From the human T2T-CHM13v2.0 reference genome, Homo sapiens: 64,000 nucleotides of DNA. The notes under the pieces were generated by a model, which saw only the letters and a list, made by a program, of their open reading frames with translations, did no database searches and had not been told where the DNA came from. Below are positions 14,684 through 46,206 of this stretch, in pieces (the first letter of the stretch is position 1; every line of letters starts with the position of its first letter). The DNA lies in assembly GCF_009914755.1 (NCBI RefSeq), contig NC_060946.1. One strand, given 5' to 3'. A program made the translations under genes and the position numbers.

Positions 14684-17600
14684 ACCTTCCTGATCCCCCC
14701 TCTCCAGCCTCGCCATCCACTGCTTCCCATGTGACCATGTCTCTGGACAGATGGATGGTCTGGACAGGCCATGTGCTGGCCTGGCTCCACACCCAGCTTC
14801 TGAAGGTCTTCTTGATGGCAGCACCTTCTCTCTAGATCGGAATCCATCCTCCTGTCCATCCCTGCTCAGCAACACCCTTGCACCATTCTCCAGACTCTTT
14901 TAGAGTCTGCTCCCCTCATTGGGGACAGTTCACTGGTTTCCACTACAGTTAGAAAGAAATCCCTCCTCCTGATCCTTATGAGGCCCTGTGTGCTTTGACC
15001 CCAGCCTGGCTCTCCCACCTCCTGCTCCTGCCCTTGTCCACTCTCCTCCCACCACATTGGCCTTCTGCTCGCATGCTCACCACCCTCACACCCCTCTCAA
15101 GGCCCCGCACTTGCTGCTGTGACTTCTGCTTGAAGAACTCTTCCCCCAGATATCAGGGGCTGCCAGGAAGTGAGATCTGTAAGGGCAGAAGCCTTTTCTT
15201 TTGGCAGAGTCACAATTGCATTCCAAGTGGCTTAGAACAGTGCCCGCCTGGCACATGGTGGGCGACGGGTAAATAAACACTGAATGAAAGGTGTAAGCAC
15301 ACGCTGCCCTATGTTGTCTGTCTCTTTCTTCCTTGCTCCATCTTTCCTTTTCCATCCTCCCCCGAGGGGAAGCCTCCTGAGGGCAGAGATCTGCTCTGTG
15401 TCAGACATCCCCCTCAGCATCCAGCCTAGTGCCTCCAGCAAAGGTGCTTCTGTCAACATTTGTTGACAGAATGGAGACCAAGCTAGTGGGAACAGTTCTT
15501 TCACGCCTTTCCCACCAGGCGGGCTCAGCAGCCTCCCAGGCAGACAAAGAGTAACCCTTGTCCTCCCAGGCCGCTGGTCCTTTGGTTCGGCAAGCCTGCC
15601 AGCAGCACAGCCTCGGGGACGTCTGCTCCTTTTGCAGCAGAGCAGATCTTCACCTGGGTTTCCTTCCCACCATCACTTTCTGAGCTGCTCAGCGTCAGAA
15701 AAAGGGTATCTGGCCTCCTGGAACTACAACTGTCCCATCATCACACACCTAATCCTAGGAGAAAGCAGTGTTCTGCTGAAGTAACTGCTGGATTTAAAAA
15801 GTGAGATCTTCTAGAAAGATGTATTAAAAGATCATGACTTTGGCTGCTGTATTTCAAAGACCAGGCAGGCATTTAGGTGACAGAGTTAAATATTCCAAAC
15901 TTACCTCATCCTCTCTCTCTCTGTCTCTCAAGGGTAAACATTCCATTCCTCTTCCAAAACCCAGTGCTTCTCCATATTTGGGAATCTGGAATGGGTACTA
16001 GGGGCACAGCCCTGTCTCCTCTCGGTGTCTGCTGGGAGCTGTAGTCACCAGAGAATGTCGGCTGCTTTTCTCTGGCCAGCAAGCAGGCTCTCCTTTCTCA
16101 GGAGGACATCTGAAAGCAGGAAAGCTGTACACAGTGAGATGCGAGGGTGCTATTAGGAGGCTTGCCTTCTATTTTCAGCTCTCCATGAGCTAGTTTTGAG
16201 CAAGGCCTCACTCTTTTCATGGCTCAGTCTCCCAAACTGTAAAATGGGCATAATTCTCTCTCTCTTTTCCTGGCTGCCTGATTGTTTGTTGGGTGGAGTA
16301 ATTAGGCAGCACCCATTCAGTGCTTTGAGTTCATTCTAGAAAAGAGTGCTTTATAAATAACACTTGTTATCTCTAAAGGGGAAAATATTAATGGCCTAGA
16401 TACCTCCATAAACTGACACTTTGCCTATAAGTCAAAAAAGATGCCGTGGAATTCCTTGTATGTGCCTTCCACTCACCCTGGGTTTAAATGGTTTCCCTGC
16501 ATCTCCTTCTATTTTGTATCATCTCTAGTTTCATATCCTCAAGAATAAACAGTCTCCCTCCTTCCTCTCTGAAAAAAATAAAAAAAGAGTAAGACAGACC
16601 AACTCTGCCCTATGCCAAACACACAAGAACATTGTGAAGAAGAAACCACCTAGATCAGACTGGAGCTCCGAGAACTTTATCTCCTTCTTCCCAACTAGTG
16701 CATGAGAACTCAGTCTCCACGCAAGAGGCTGACCTTTGTTCCCATAGAAAAAGGCACACAGATTTCATTGCAGCAGGAAGGATTTTTGAAAGATCTTAAT
16801 AAGGACTCCCCTTTCTGGAGACTTGAGAGAAGAGTTTTGACACCCAGCACCTTCTCTTTGAGGAGAGAGTCTGGTACAGTGCAGTGGAAACAGCAGCAGA
16901 GGTGGAATCAAACTGGTTAGGATCCCAGCTCTGAGACTCAGGCAAACATGTAACCTCTCCGGCCTTAGTTTCTTCAGCTATAAAATTGAGACAATAATAT
17001 AATCTAGAGGTTTTTTTATAAAGTACTGCACAAAGATCAGTCGTTATAAGAGGCAGTATGATGCAGTGGTTAATAACAAGGAATTTTCAAGTCAGAGATA
17101 CCTGGATTAGAATTCCACCTGGATTAGCTGTGGAAATGTGATCAAACTACTCAGCCTCTCTAAGCCATAGTTCTATGATGTTTAACATGGGGATAATGAG
17201 CATTAAATGAAGCAATGCATCAATGCATGTAATGGACCTAGCATGGAGCCTGGCACACACTAATTTCTCGATAAATATCGTTATGACTATTATCATTGTC
17301 ACTGCAATCATTTTTACGTATCTTATGCTTGATCATCTCACTTCATGATAATCAAATCAAATAATGTGAAAGTGCTTTTTAAGTTGTAAAGTACCACACA
17401 AATGTGAAGGATGAGGAGAATGAAGCATACAAAGGAGGGAGCTGGGCACCCCAGAGTTCTCCTTGCAGCTTCAGGACTATATGGGATCAAGGACGTATAC
17501 TTGCTTTTTAGCTACAGAGAACTGTAAACAGCTAAGTCATTATTAGTAACAGCGGGATTGTTTGATTTCTTGTTTTAGGTAGTAATTCCAATATCCAATT

Positions 17601-18670
17601 GAAGAATAGAAAGGACTCCCCTGACGCACCATGGGTAAGTCAGGGTGCAGAGTGGCATAACTCTGTGTAGCTATGCATGCTCATTGTGTGTGCTTGTGGA
17701 GGGATATGCAGCACAGTGCTAAAAGTTCTTATTAGGAGTGGTAGGATTTCAGATGATTCTCATTCTCTTTGTACTTTTGTGTCTTTGAATTATTTTTACT
17801 TTAGGTATGTCTCATTTAAGCAAAAACAAAAGACAAAAGACAGTGGATACTGAACAACCAGATTCCCGTTTGTAAAACCTTGGATCCATAGTTTCCTCTA
17901 ATCCCACAGAAGGTTTTCTCAGGTATGGAAAATGGAGTTTCTGAAAACCAGGAGCAGCTGGCGAAAATCATAATGACAAATGCCTGTGACAGGAAGTCAG
18001 AGGGGAAGGAGTCCCTTCAAGATGGCCCTGGGAAGGGAAGAAGAGAGATGCCTTTTCATCTCTGTTTATTTCATAGGCTATAATAACATGGTGGTTTCAA
18101 TCATAGGCTGTGTACACATGAGTTTCCTTGTTTGCTATGGTAACATGTCATTCCTGTTTTTCCATCTCTGTTTTTCTGATCCCTTAGACTCTGGCTGTCA
18201 GAGAGGAGAACTATGAACTCACCTACTCATTCATGCTGCCCAGGTAATCACCTCTGTCATGAGCGATTAGGGGAAGGGTGTGTGGAGTCTACCTGTAATA
18301 TATTTCCACTGTCCCGCTACATTTCAGAACCAGATGCACAAAGAACAAACAAGTTTCCCAGCAGGACTCAAAATAGAAGGGATGGTGACTGCATGCCTTA
18401 CCATTCGGGATCCTCTTCTTCCCGGAGAACTCCGCGCAGGCAGGTCTGTACCTGCTTAGAGGAAGCCTGTCTGTTGAGCAGCCCATCCTCAGTGAGGGAC
18501 GATAAGAGACTGGGGCTGGGGGGATGGGCAGAATCTTTGCTGTTGCCACAAACTGGGAGTGTCCGCAGAAAACTGAATGTGTCTGGACTTCGCCATCAAA
18601 ACCCATGTTAGTGTGGCGCAGGAACAAGGTAGGCTGCCACATCCGGCCTGGCACACTGTAAAACTGCACA

Positions 18671-18685
18671 CCTCCAGGGGGCGCC
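18671..18685 (+). promoter_or_regulatory. Candidate CTCF site CCTCCAGGGGGCGCC
   Basis: One mismatch to the CCASYAGRKGGCRC core, in non-repeat sequence. Confidence 0.6.
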
Positions 18686-18717
18686 ACCCCCACCCACATG
18701 ATGTGCGATATGATTAA

Positions 18718-22865
<4,148 letters not shown>

Positions 22866-25399
22866 ACCTGAAGGAACCAGGATTCTAGCCATGCCTCTCA
22901 TCTCCAGTCCAGTGTGCTTTCTGCTACAAAAACAACAACTCATCCCCTGCTACAGCAGGCTGAGCAAATCTGCCTCCTCAGGCAAGGAGCCACACTGAGC
23001 CCTCTGCCAAATGGAAGGAACAACCCCAAGTTCCAGAGCCTAGGTAGGGCTAGGGAAGGGGTTGTAACGAGGATACTGGCATCTCAGGTGCTCTGCCAGT
23101 TTTCCCAAAATAAAACTATTCAAACAATACAAATATTAATATGGGCCTGGCCTTATACATCTGAAAGGACTGTCCTTATTTCCACTGTGTTTTTTGTCTC
23201 AAAGATGAGGAAATGACAGAAGAGATGATTTCAAAGGCTGTCCCATGAGCTCCAACTTAGAGACAGAAGTTTGGCTAAGTAAAGACAATACGCATTTATG
23301 TTCCCCCAGAGGGAATGAATTCGCTTCTGTTTAGGATTTCTGTGTCTTCGCTTGAGAAAGTCTAAGTACTTGTAGACATAGAGGAGATGATGTGTCCCAC
23401 TGGATGTGTGTTGAGGAATCCATTTGTGGGCATAATAGTGCTAAACAGTGGTTACATACGGACTGATATGAAGCCCGGGAATAGTTGAAAATTGGGTGAA
23501 TCAGAAATGGAATACAATCATATTTTTATATGGTTTCTAGCTCTCCTCTCTCCTGCCTTAAATATCTTGACCTCATTCTGGCTGTCTCACTACTAAATAG
23601 GCAAATTTACTTTTAGCAAGGCTGCTTCTGTTAAGACTGTGCCTCCATCTCCTGGACAAATTTGGAATAGCAAGAAATTTGTTAGGAAAGGGACTTTTCC
23701 AGGCAGCAGCCGCTTAGAGCTGGCCGCTTCTGAGCATGTTCGTCTTCCCAGGCCTGGCTCACATTTTCAGTGCTTAATGCGCATGGCGCTTTATGCGCAA
23801 TATTACTTAATTCTTCCCTCAGCCATTGGGAGCTAAGGACAAACTGTTATCCCAATTTTACAGGTGAGGAAATCAGAGCTTATTTAAATAAATTGCCGAG
23901 GTCACACAACTAGTAAGCGACAAAATCTCAGTCAAACCGAGGCTCTTTTGGTTCAAAGATGTGTATTGAGCTCTACTCTGCTCTGCAGGGACAGAACTAA
24001 GTATGTTTGCTATTCAGGGGATACACAGTCATTCCATGAGCAAGTTACACAATGTAAAATAAGGACATTGTGAAAAACAAAACCATACCGTACATAATGC
24101 ACTTTATAGTAAAGTACTGGGAACAGAGTATTTGGTAAATTGTAACTATAATAATAATTTTAAACAGATCCACAAATCACACTTATTATTATATTCTGTT
24201 TCACCCGGGCTTTGCCAAGCTTCCCACATTTGTACTAGATCCTCTTGGCTTTAGTTTCTCCCCAGTTCTCTACCCTTTGAATTCACTCCAAAGCTTCCCT
24301 AGAATCTTTGCTCTCCTAGAAATTAGATTAAACAGGCACCTGCTCACATCATACATCCCCTGCCCTTGTCACCAGACATGCACACATCCATCTTCTGGGA
24401 TTTCCGTTCTCTTGCAGAAAAGTCTGCATGGGAAGCTGAGGCAGAACCAAGTCCACCAGACTCCGAGGAAAGAGAAGTCTGGACCCTGTAACCAGATAAA
24501 AGTGAAACCAGGACTTCATTTATTCCACAAATACTTTTTGACTACCTATAGATGACAGGCACTGTTCAAGGCATTGAGGTTCCCACAGTGAACAAAAGAG
24601 ACAAAAACGTCTGCCTTTGTGAGTTTATATCATAGTGGAAGGAAATAGACAATAAAAATAAGTAAAATATAGACATTGGTATGTAGATGGTGATAAATGA
24701 TAAGGAGAAATATAAAGACAGATCGGAAGTGACAACAGTGGGGAAGTGGAATTGGTATCTGCATTTAACGTTGTTTTTTAACAGCAAATTCAGGATGGGG
24801 CAGAGAGCAGTGAGAAAAATGAGGCCCTTATGCTCAGCGCCCCCAACCCCGCCTCGGTGGGGTCACTATTCATTTTGGAACATTGCCCTTGGGACCAACA
24901 TATTCTCAGTGGTCCTTGTGAAGGTTTCCACCCTAAGTCCCTCATCCTCACCAGGCAATATTCATTACCCTACAGCAAACTCCGGAGGCAACGCGGAGAA
25001 AGTGTGAATCAATTCAAGACTAAGGTTGCCAAAATGTTTGATCAGCTCTGCGTCAGCCTTGACATTACATTACATTACAGATCCCCTGATCGCCACCGTC
25101 GCAGAAGCTCTGAATTAAAAGCGTGCATGTAGCTGCACATCCATTGCTGGCACTTCTTCCGTTAGCCTCCGCTGGAACTGGTTAGTGAGGACCCCTCCAT
25201 TTCACAAGACAGCTTCGGTTTTGCTTCGTTTTGACTTCCGCACCCCGAAGCTGTAGCACCAGTTTGTTTTCTCACGGCACAGGGGCGGCTTCCGGGGCGC
25301 GGCGTGCTGGGGGTTGTAGTCCGCGCTCTGCCTCCTACTTCCATTACAGAAGGCGATGGGCCGAGAGCTGAGGAACTACAACTCCTAGAGTACTCCGCG

Positions 25400-25470
25400 C
25401 CGCCGGGACGCCGCGCGGCTGCGGGGCTGGGCGAGCGCAAAGATGTCCGCGCCCGCTGCCGGGAGGCGAG
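25400..25470 (+). other. PEX26: PEX26 non-coding exon 1 (start approximate). Donor GAG|GTGAGT at 25471; exon 2 acceptor CCCAG| at 25718
   Basis: Consensus splice sites upstream of the ATG. Confidence 0.75.
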
Positions 25471-25697
25471 GTGAGTCTTTGATCGTAACCAGGAGCCCGG
25501 AGCTGAGGCAGTTCCTGCACGTGTCGCGGGGCCGGAGAAGCTAGGGCCAGGTATTCCAGGGATGCAAGAATCCTGCAAATCTGACGTGTAAACTGCTTCC
25601 CCAGCCTCCAGGCGAGCCCAGCTTTTGCCTCAGATAGGCCCCTTCCTTTTCCTTCTCGGGGAATCGACCTCGGGAAGGGGTGTGGGCAAAGAGATGA

Positions 25698-26276
<579 letters not shown>

Positions 26277-27168
26277 TGATGGGAAGGCTGAATGTGTATT
26301 AAGTGCTAAGTTCTGTCAGTAAGCAGGTGGTAAAAGTCCTCTCCCAGGTACCTCCGCCCTCCCCGCCCCGCCCAAGGTTGTTTATTCCTGACCTTGGCTG
26401 ATGATGGGGAATGGGGGTCATGGCAGGAGCAGCGTTCTGGTCCAATTAGAGGACTGGATTAAAGAATTAATTCAGGGCCGGGAGCTGGGGCTTACGCCTG
26501 TAATCCCAGCACTTTGGGAGGCCGAGGCAGGAGGATTGCTTGAGCCCAGGAGTTCGAGACCAGCCTGGGTAACATAATGAGCCCTCTTCTCTACCAAAAA
26601 GAAGAAAAAGAAAAGAATCCGGAGAAAAAAACCTTGGGCTTGCATTGCTCTTTCTAATGCCACCAGCCTCGTCTGGCAGGTGAGGGAGTCATTTCTTTGC
26701 ATTGTAAAGTTGGGTTAGGCCACGCTAGGGAGGTGGTAGGTAGAATAGCTAAAGTTGACCACAAAGAAGGATGATCTGGAGAGCCCTGGCTGTGTTTTAG
26801 GGGACTGGGTGGGAGCTCATTTCAGTGAATGCAGAAGGCTTTGCTTCTGGGTGTCTGGAGGAACCTTACTAGGTGGTGCCTTTTAGCCAGCTGTGGAGTC
26901 TATACCTCCACTCAGCCAGAAACCTTGCTCCAAGCCCATTTGTTCACAGAGCAAACTCTTAGTTCCAGCTCTCTTTTCAGCCACACACCGGTGCTGTGTG
27001 TTATTTCCCCCTCAGGATTACCCTTCCTCTTCATTTAAATCTGATTTCACCTGGATACAAAGATGAACGTTGAGCAACAGCTGACTTGCCTCTTGAAAGA
27101 GGGTTACAGGAACTTTTAGTTCCTGGGGGAAAGGGCAGCCCATGAGACCAATTGTGAAGCCCATCTAA

Positions 27169-27438
<270 letters not shown>

Positions 27439-27725
27439 TAAGTCTTCTTTGCTGACTCATCAGATCGGTTCAGAAACGAGAGGATTTTCATCTCCTCTCC
27501 TAAATACCTACTCTTTTCCCCTTCCCTACTATTGCCCTCCAGATTGGATTCTTTCCCTTCACTTTTTTTTCCCCAGACTTCCATACATAGCAATAAAGAA
27601 TAAGGGGGAGGAATTTAGGAGTAGAATAGATATAAAGAAGGGAGGAAACAGGGAATAGGAGCGACGTGGGATGACAGAGTGGACAGAGCTGAAAGAGCAG
27701 CTTGCTACGTCCTAGGAATTCCTAA

Positions 27726-28052
<327 letters not shown>

Positions 28053-28574
28053 AAAAAATAACAAAGTTTTTAAAATTGACACTTGTACATATTTATGGGG
28101 TAAATTAGACATTTCAATATATGCTGTGTATATGTTGTATAATGATCAAATCAGGGTAGTTAGCATATCCATCACCTCATGCATTTATCATTTGTTTGTG
28201 ACAGGAACATTCAAAAGCCTCTCTTCCGGCTATTTTATATATACAATACCTTACTGTTAACCATAACCACCCTACCGTGCAATAGAACACCACAACTTAT
28301 TCCTCCTATCCCACCGTAACTTTGTACCCATTGACGAACCTCTTCCCGTCTTCCTTTTCTTCCTTCCTTTCCCAGTCTCTGGTAACCACCGTTCTACCGT
28401 CTGCTTCTATGATATCAACTTTTTTTTTTTTTTAAAGATTCACATGAGTGAAATCATGTAGTATTTATCTTTCTGTGCCTGGCTTATTTCACTTAACATG
28501 ATGTCCCCCAGGTCCACCTGTGTTGTCATGAATGACAAGATTTCATTCTTTTTTATGGCTATATAGTATTCCAT

Positions 28575-28658
28575 TATATATATATATATGCGTGTGTGTA
28601 TATATATACACATATATAAACACATATATACACATAATATACATATATGTACACATAT

Positions 28659-28692
<34 letters not shown>

Positions 28693-28753
28693 GCGTGTGT
28701 GTATATATATACACATATATAAACACATATATACACATAATATACATATATGT

Positions 28754-28794
<41 letters not shown>
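28575..28794. repeat. Complex (TA)/(CA) microsatellite with a 103-bp internal duplication
   Basis: The TGCGTGTGTG...CACAC block occurs at 28589 and 28692. Confidence 0.9.
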
Positions 28795-28795
<1 letters not shown>

Positions 28796-28910
28796 TATCC
28801 ATTCATCTGTTGTTGGACACTTAGGTTGATTCCATATCTTGGCTGTTGTGAATAGTGCTGCATTAAACAGGGGAGATAATGGATTGCTAGATCATGTGGT
28901 AGTTCTATTT

Positions 28911-29270
28911 TTATTTTTTTCACCTGGCCATTCTTAAGTTTATTTTGATGACACCCGGTGACAGTTCCCTGTACCTAGAAGAAGGTGTTGGGACTCTTGA
29001 TGTTGGAGTGTGGCTTGTGCTGAAGACACAGGACCTGGTAGGGCAGCAGGAACTTGATCTTGGAATTGTGGAACTGCTTGACTGTCGGCCGGTGGCAGTA
29101 CCAGAAGCGGGACTTGGCACAACTTGCTTAGGTGCAGAGATTTGCTGGCAGTAGAGGGGCAGCATGTGGCATTTGGGGGTGGGCAGGCAGCAAATACTCT
29201 CTCAGTGTGCCCCAGGCCTTCATGGCATTCTCTCAGCACTTGCCACCACTTACAAAAAGGAAGTGCCGTC
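28911..29270 (-). pseudogene. RPL18A processed pseudogene with a large internal deletion, inserted in the L1
   Basis: 5'TOP CTTCCTTTTTG; ATG at 29223 (MKAWGTLREY..CLPTPKCH..KSRFWY); joined to [16 protein letters not shown]...PNTFF* (stop 28975-28977); AATAAA at 28939-28944; poly-A; approximate TSD TTC(C)TATTTT. Confidence 0.93.
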
Positions 29271-30877
29271 TTTCCTATTTTGAATTTTTTAAAGGAACCT
29301 GCATTCTGTTTTCCATAATGGCTGTACTAATTTACAGTCCCACCAACAGTGTGTAAGTGCTGCCTTTCTCCACATCCTCACCCGCACCAACACTCGTTTT
29401 CTTTTGTCTTTTTGATAAGAGCTGTTCTAACTGGAGCGAGGTAGTGTCTCATTGTGGTTTTGATTGGCATTTCCCTGATGATTAGTAGTGTTGAGCATTT
29501 TTTCATATACCTGTTGGCCATGGTACGTCGTCTTCTGAGAAATGTCTGTTGAGGTCTTTTTCCCTTTTGAATCAGGTTTTTTTTTTTTTTCTTCTGCTGT
29601 TAAGTTCCTGATATATTCTGGATATTAACGCTTTGTCAGATGGATAGTTTGCAAATATTTTCTCCCATTCTGTAGGTTGTTTCTTCACTCTTAATTGCTT
29701 CCTTTGCTGTGCAGAAGTTTTTAGTTTGATGTCATTTCATTTGTCCATTTTTGCTTTTGTTACCAGTGCTTTTAAGGTCTTACTGAAAAAAACACTCGCT
29801 CAGCCCAGTGTTGTGAGGCATTTCTCCTATGCTTTCTTCTAGTAGTTTCATGGTTTTGGATTTTACATTTAAGTCTTGAATCCATTTTGAGTTAATTTTT
29901 GTATGTGGGGAAAGGTAGGGGTCTGGTCTCCTGCATATGGATATCCGATTTTCCCAGCACCATTTATTAAAGAGACTGTCTTTTCCCCTGTGTGTGTTCT
30001 TGGCACCTTTGTTGAAAATCAGTTGGCTGTAGGTGCATGAATTTATTTCTGGGCTCTCTGTTCTGTTCTATTTTGTCTGTTTTTATGCCATAACGTGCTG
30101 TTATGGTTACTGTTATAGCTTTGTGTAGTATGGTTTGAAGTCAGGTAATATGATACCTCCAGCTTTGTTCTTTTTGCTCACAACTGCTTTAGCCATTTGG
30201 GGTCTTTTGTGGTTCCATACGAATTTCAGGATTGTTTTTTCTGTTTCTGAAGAATGCCATTGGTGTTTTGATAGGGATTGCATTAAATCTGTAAATTGCT
30301 TTGGGTATTTTAATAATATTCTTCCAATTTGTGAATGAACACGGGATATCTTTCCATTTTTTGTGTGTCCCCTTCAACTTCTTTCATCAATGTTTTATAG
30401 TTTTCAGTGTAGAGATCTTTTGCCAGCTTGGTTTAATTTATTCCTAGGTATCTTATTTTTTTGGTAGCTATTGTAAATCGAATTGTTTTCTTGATCTCTT
30501 TTCCAATGGTTCACTGTCACGTATAGAAACGCTGTTTTTTGTACATTGATTTTTGTATCCCACAACTTTACTGAATCCGTTTATTAGTTCTGTCTGCAAA
30601 CAGGGATAACTTGACTTCCTCCTTTCCAATTTGGATACCTTTTATTTCTTTCTGTTGCCCGATTGCTCTGGCTATGACCTCCAGTACTATGTTGAATAAA
30701 AACGGTCAAAGTAGGCATCTTTGTCTTGCTCCTGATCTTAGAGGAAAGGCTTTCAGCTTTTCCCATTGATTATGCTGTTAGTGATGGGTGTGTCGTGGGG
30801 AATTCCCATGAGCATCATCATTTCATCGGAAAGGGCTCGAGGACACAGTGAGGAGGGGCTGGATAGGAGAAGCATAG

Positions 30878-31318
<441 letters not shown>

Positions 31319-31741
31319 TGAAACTCCTGCGAGCTTAGAAGCAGTTCTTTGTATGAATAACTCTTGAGTCACAGAATAGGAGGCCTGTTGATTTGCTTCA
31401 CAAAGTGAAGGCCAGACCCTCTGAAGTTGGCAGTGGAAGGAGAATCTCCACATGGGAAGGTGTTGCTGGGTCTTGGGACCTTGACTTGTCTTTTGAAAGT
31501 CATTTTCCCATTGGAGTCCTCTGATGAGGTCTCTTGCTTCCACCATACTGGTCTGGGTGGGATGTCCTTCCTCCTTTAAATGCTGGCCCCAATACAGACA
31601 CAGCTGAGATCTGCTGGGATAGCCAAAGGAATATCAGAAACTAATTTGCAGACCCTTTCCCTGGTCGCTGAATCTTTTCCGCCCTTTTCCTTGAGTGATG
31701 ATCTAGTCTAGTTGTGAATACTTCAAGGACAGAAAGTCACC

Positions 31742-34910
<3,169 letters not shown>

Positions 34911-35397
34911 TGAGAGTTGTCCGTCTAACCCGTCTGCTGAATGCTGAGCAGGGATCCCCTGTGGACGACTCTGTTTGCTTTACAAAGAAGTCACGAGTTA
35001 GCTCTCGGAATGCTCAGTATCATCAGCGTTCATCCCTGGCCACCTCCTGACTGATACAGATTTAGAAACTCTTTATGATTCTTTATGGTTCCCATAAGCC
35101 CTTTAGTCTCGTAAACCCTGGTCTCCTAGTGGGGATGGCATGAGGACATTTGAGCCTGCTCTTTCCAAGGCTGCTTCAGAAGGGCCTGGCCCAGTGGCCC
35201 TGACCCTCAGCAGCAGGCCCGACTCATTGGAGTGATGATGGTGGGGGAGGAGAACCTGCACCTGCAGGCTGAGGATCGCATGAGCCCCAGAGATTGAGGC
35301 TGCAGTGAGCTGAACACAGACTGCACTGTACTCTAGCCTAGGTGACAGAGCGAGACCCTGTCTCTAAAAAAAACAAAACAAAACCAACTATGTGTAA

Positions 35398-35589
<192 letters not shown>

Positions 35590-36011
35590 GGGTCCCTGCG
35601 CACCACAGCCTCTCTGCTCCTCACGTCCGTGGCCACAGAAGCAGAGCGACAGAGCGACACATCCACAGGCGCCCCTGGGGAAATGGGACCAGCCTAATCT
35701 CGCGGAGTGCACTGTGTCTTGCTGCCTGGGTGCCCTCTCCTTTGCACCCTACTTCAGCTGGTCGCGGTAGATGATGTGGAAACAAAGCAGGACCAGCAGG
35801 CACAGCACCTCCAGAACAGTGCCCCGGATGACCAGAGGCCCCTTGAAAAGGAGGGGTTTGGGGACAGGGACTGTGTCCATGAAACATTCCATCTTCTTGG
35901 TGAAGGCAAGGGGTTGGTTCTTCAGGTCAGGATGTTAATGGAGCTGGAAGTTCAGAAAAAGCCTGGTGAAGTGACCCTTGGCCTTTCACTTCTTGAGAAA
36001 CATACTTCTTT

Positions 36012-39234
<3,223 letters not shown>

Positions 39235-40165
39235 TCATTCCGTTGCGTGATGGGGTCACAGAGCACAGACCTGGTGCCCTTTTCCTTTTTAATATGTGGA
39301 AACCCCTCCATGCTTTCCAAAGCCTACAAGTACAGCAGCCCCAAGTTTAGGGTGAGCAGCAGTGGTCAGAGCTCTTTACTATTACTTTTGGGCAAACGCA
39401 AGCCAGGCTGGCAACCACCACTGCCGCCGAGGGGAGATACAAGCAGGCCAGTTCACACTCTGGACGTTTAGTTTCTTTCTACATCTAGAAGGTGGCCTCT
39501 GCTATCCACTTAAAGCAGCCCAAGGAACTGTCAGAAAGCGAAAGTGATGACATGAACCGCGAGTAGGGCACCTCCCTGTGCCGTCGTCTGCTTTCCTTCC
39601 TCCCTCCCAGCCTCCCTGTGCCGTCCTCTGCTTTCCTCCCTCCCAGCACGGAAAAGCCGTGGGGCCGATGGACTTTGGCCTCACATCCACAGATGGGGCC
39701 TGTGGGAATTCTACTGATTTACTCTCTGGCCTAGTCAAGCAACCCACCCACGGCCTGGCCAAGGTCGGCCTCACCGCCCTGGCCTAGCACCTTTGGAAAC
39801 TGAATACATGGAGTGTTAACCAGAAAAATGTCTGGCCCTTTTGCCTCGCTGCCTCTGGAAACCTCAGTGTTTCGGGCTGGTAGGAAGCTACAGGACAGAC
39901 AGTGGGCACGGTGCCTAGCAGCCTGTCGCGCCCCCGCCCGCCTCTGCATTCCTCCAGCGGTGGTGTACGGATCCAGACATTGTTTGCCACCTCTAGGCCT
40001 CTTGATAAAACAGCAAGTATTTTTCTTGTCTTAAAGCAATGCATGTATATTTTAGAAAATATTAATTGCATAGAAGGAAATACAGGACTCGTGATCCCAC
40101 CACTCAGAAATAATTACTATTAATACGGTTGATTTTCTTTCAGCTTTTTTCCCCCTAATTAATTA

Positions 40166-40318
<153 letters not shown>

Positions 40319-40337
40319 CTAGTGGGACCCCATTTCT

Positions 40338-41264
<927 letters not shown>

Positions 41265-41701
41265 GACCCCATTTCTATTAAAAATAAATGTAAACACCCA
41301 ACCCTCTTGGCAGCCCATGCACTTGAGAACCTGTAGAAAATGGCAGTGTGCAACCAGCATGGCTGCGAGCTCAGCGTCTTCACTAGAGAGAGTGGAGGTG
41401 GTTAGGAAAGGGCAGGCGGGAAGGGGCCATGTTGGCCGGACAACTGCAGGTGAAGATGGGATTGTGAAGTACAGTCCAAGGCCCACTCACCAAGGGCTGG
41501 ATCCAAATATGTGGGGTTGGGATTCTGTGACCTACTTCCAATTTTAATATTGACCTGAGCTCATATTTAGCTCTACATGTTTCCCAGCTCGTATTTTCCA
41601 ACAGCCCCTTTAAAACTTTTAGCATCCTCTTGTCACTTTTGTACTATCCAAGGTGGGACGGACAGGTGTCAGATAATAGCAGAGACTTGGTGAAGAAATG
41701 A

Positions 41702-46206
<4,505 letters not shown>

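Larger units (their letters stand above)
28070..30790 (-). mobile_element. Old L1 (L1MA-type) 3' portion, antisense, in PEX26 intron 3
   Basis: L1 3'UTR and ORF2 remnants (KKWKDIPCS...[14 protein letters not shown] in ORF 30189-30377). Confidence 0.9.

Noticed and set aside
28440-28855. Tyr/Ile/Cys/Val-rich ORFs
   Set aside because: Translations of the TA/CA microsatellite.
39571-39646. 40/36-bp tandem duplication (and a 25-bp one at about 7686-7735)
   Set aside because: Ordinary local slippage duplications with no sign of function.
41444-41490. Minus-strand GTGAGT...CTGCAG mini-intron in fossil exon 3
   Set aside because: Only 47 nt, too short for a human spliceosomal intron. Treated as exonic or as an alternative donor only.
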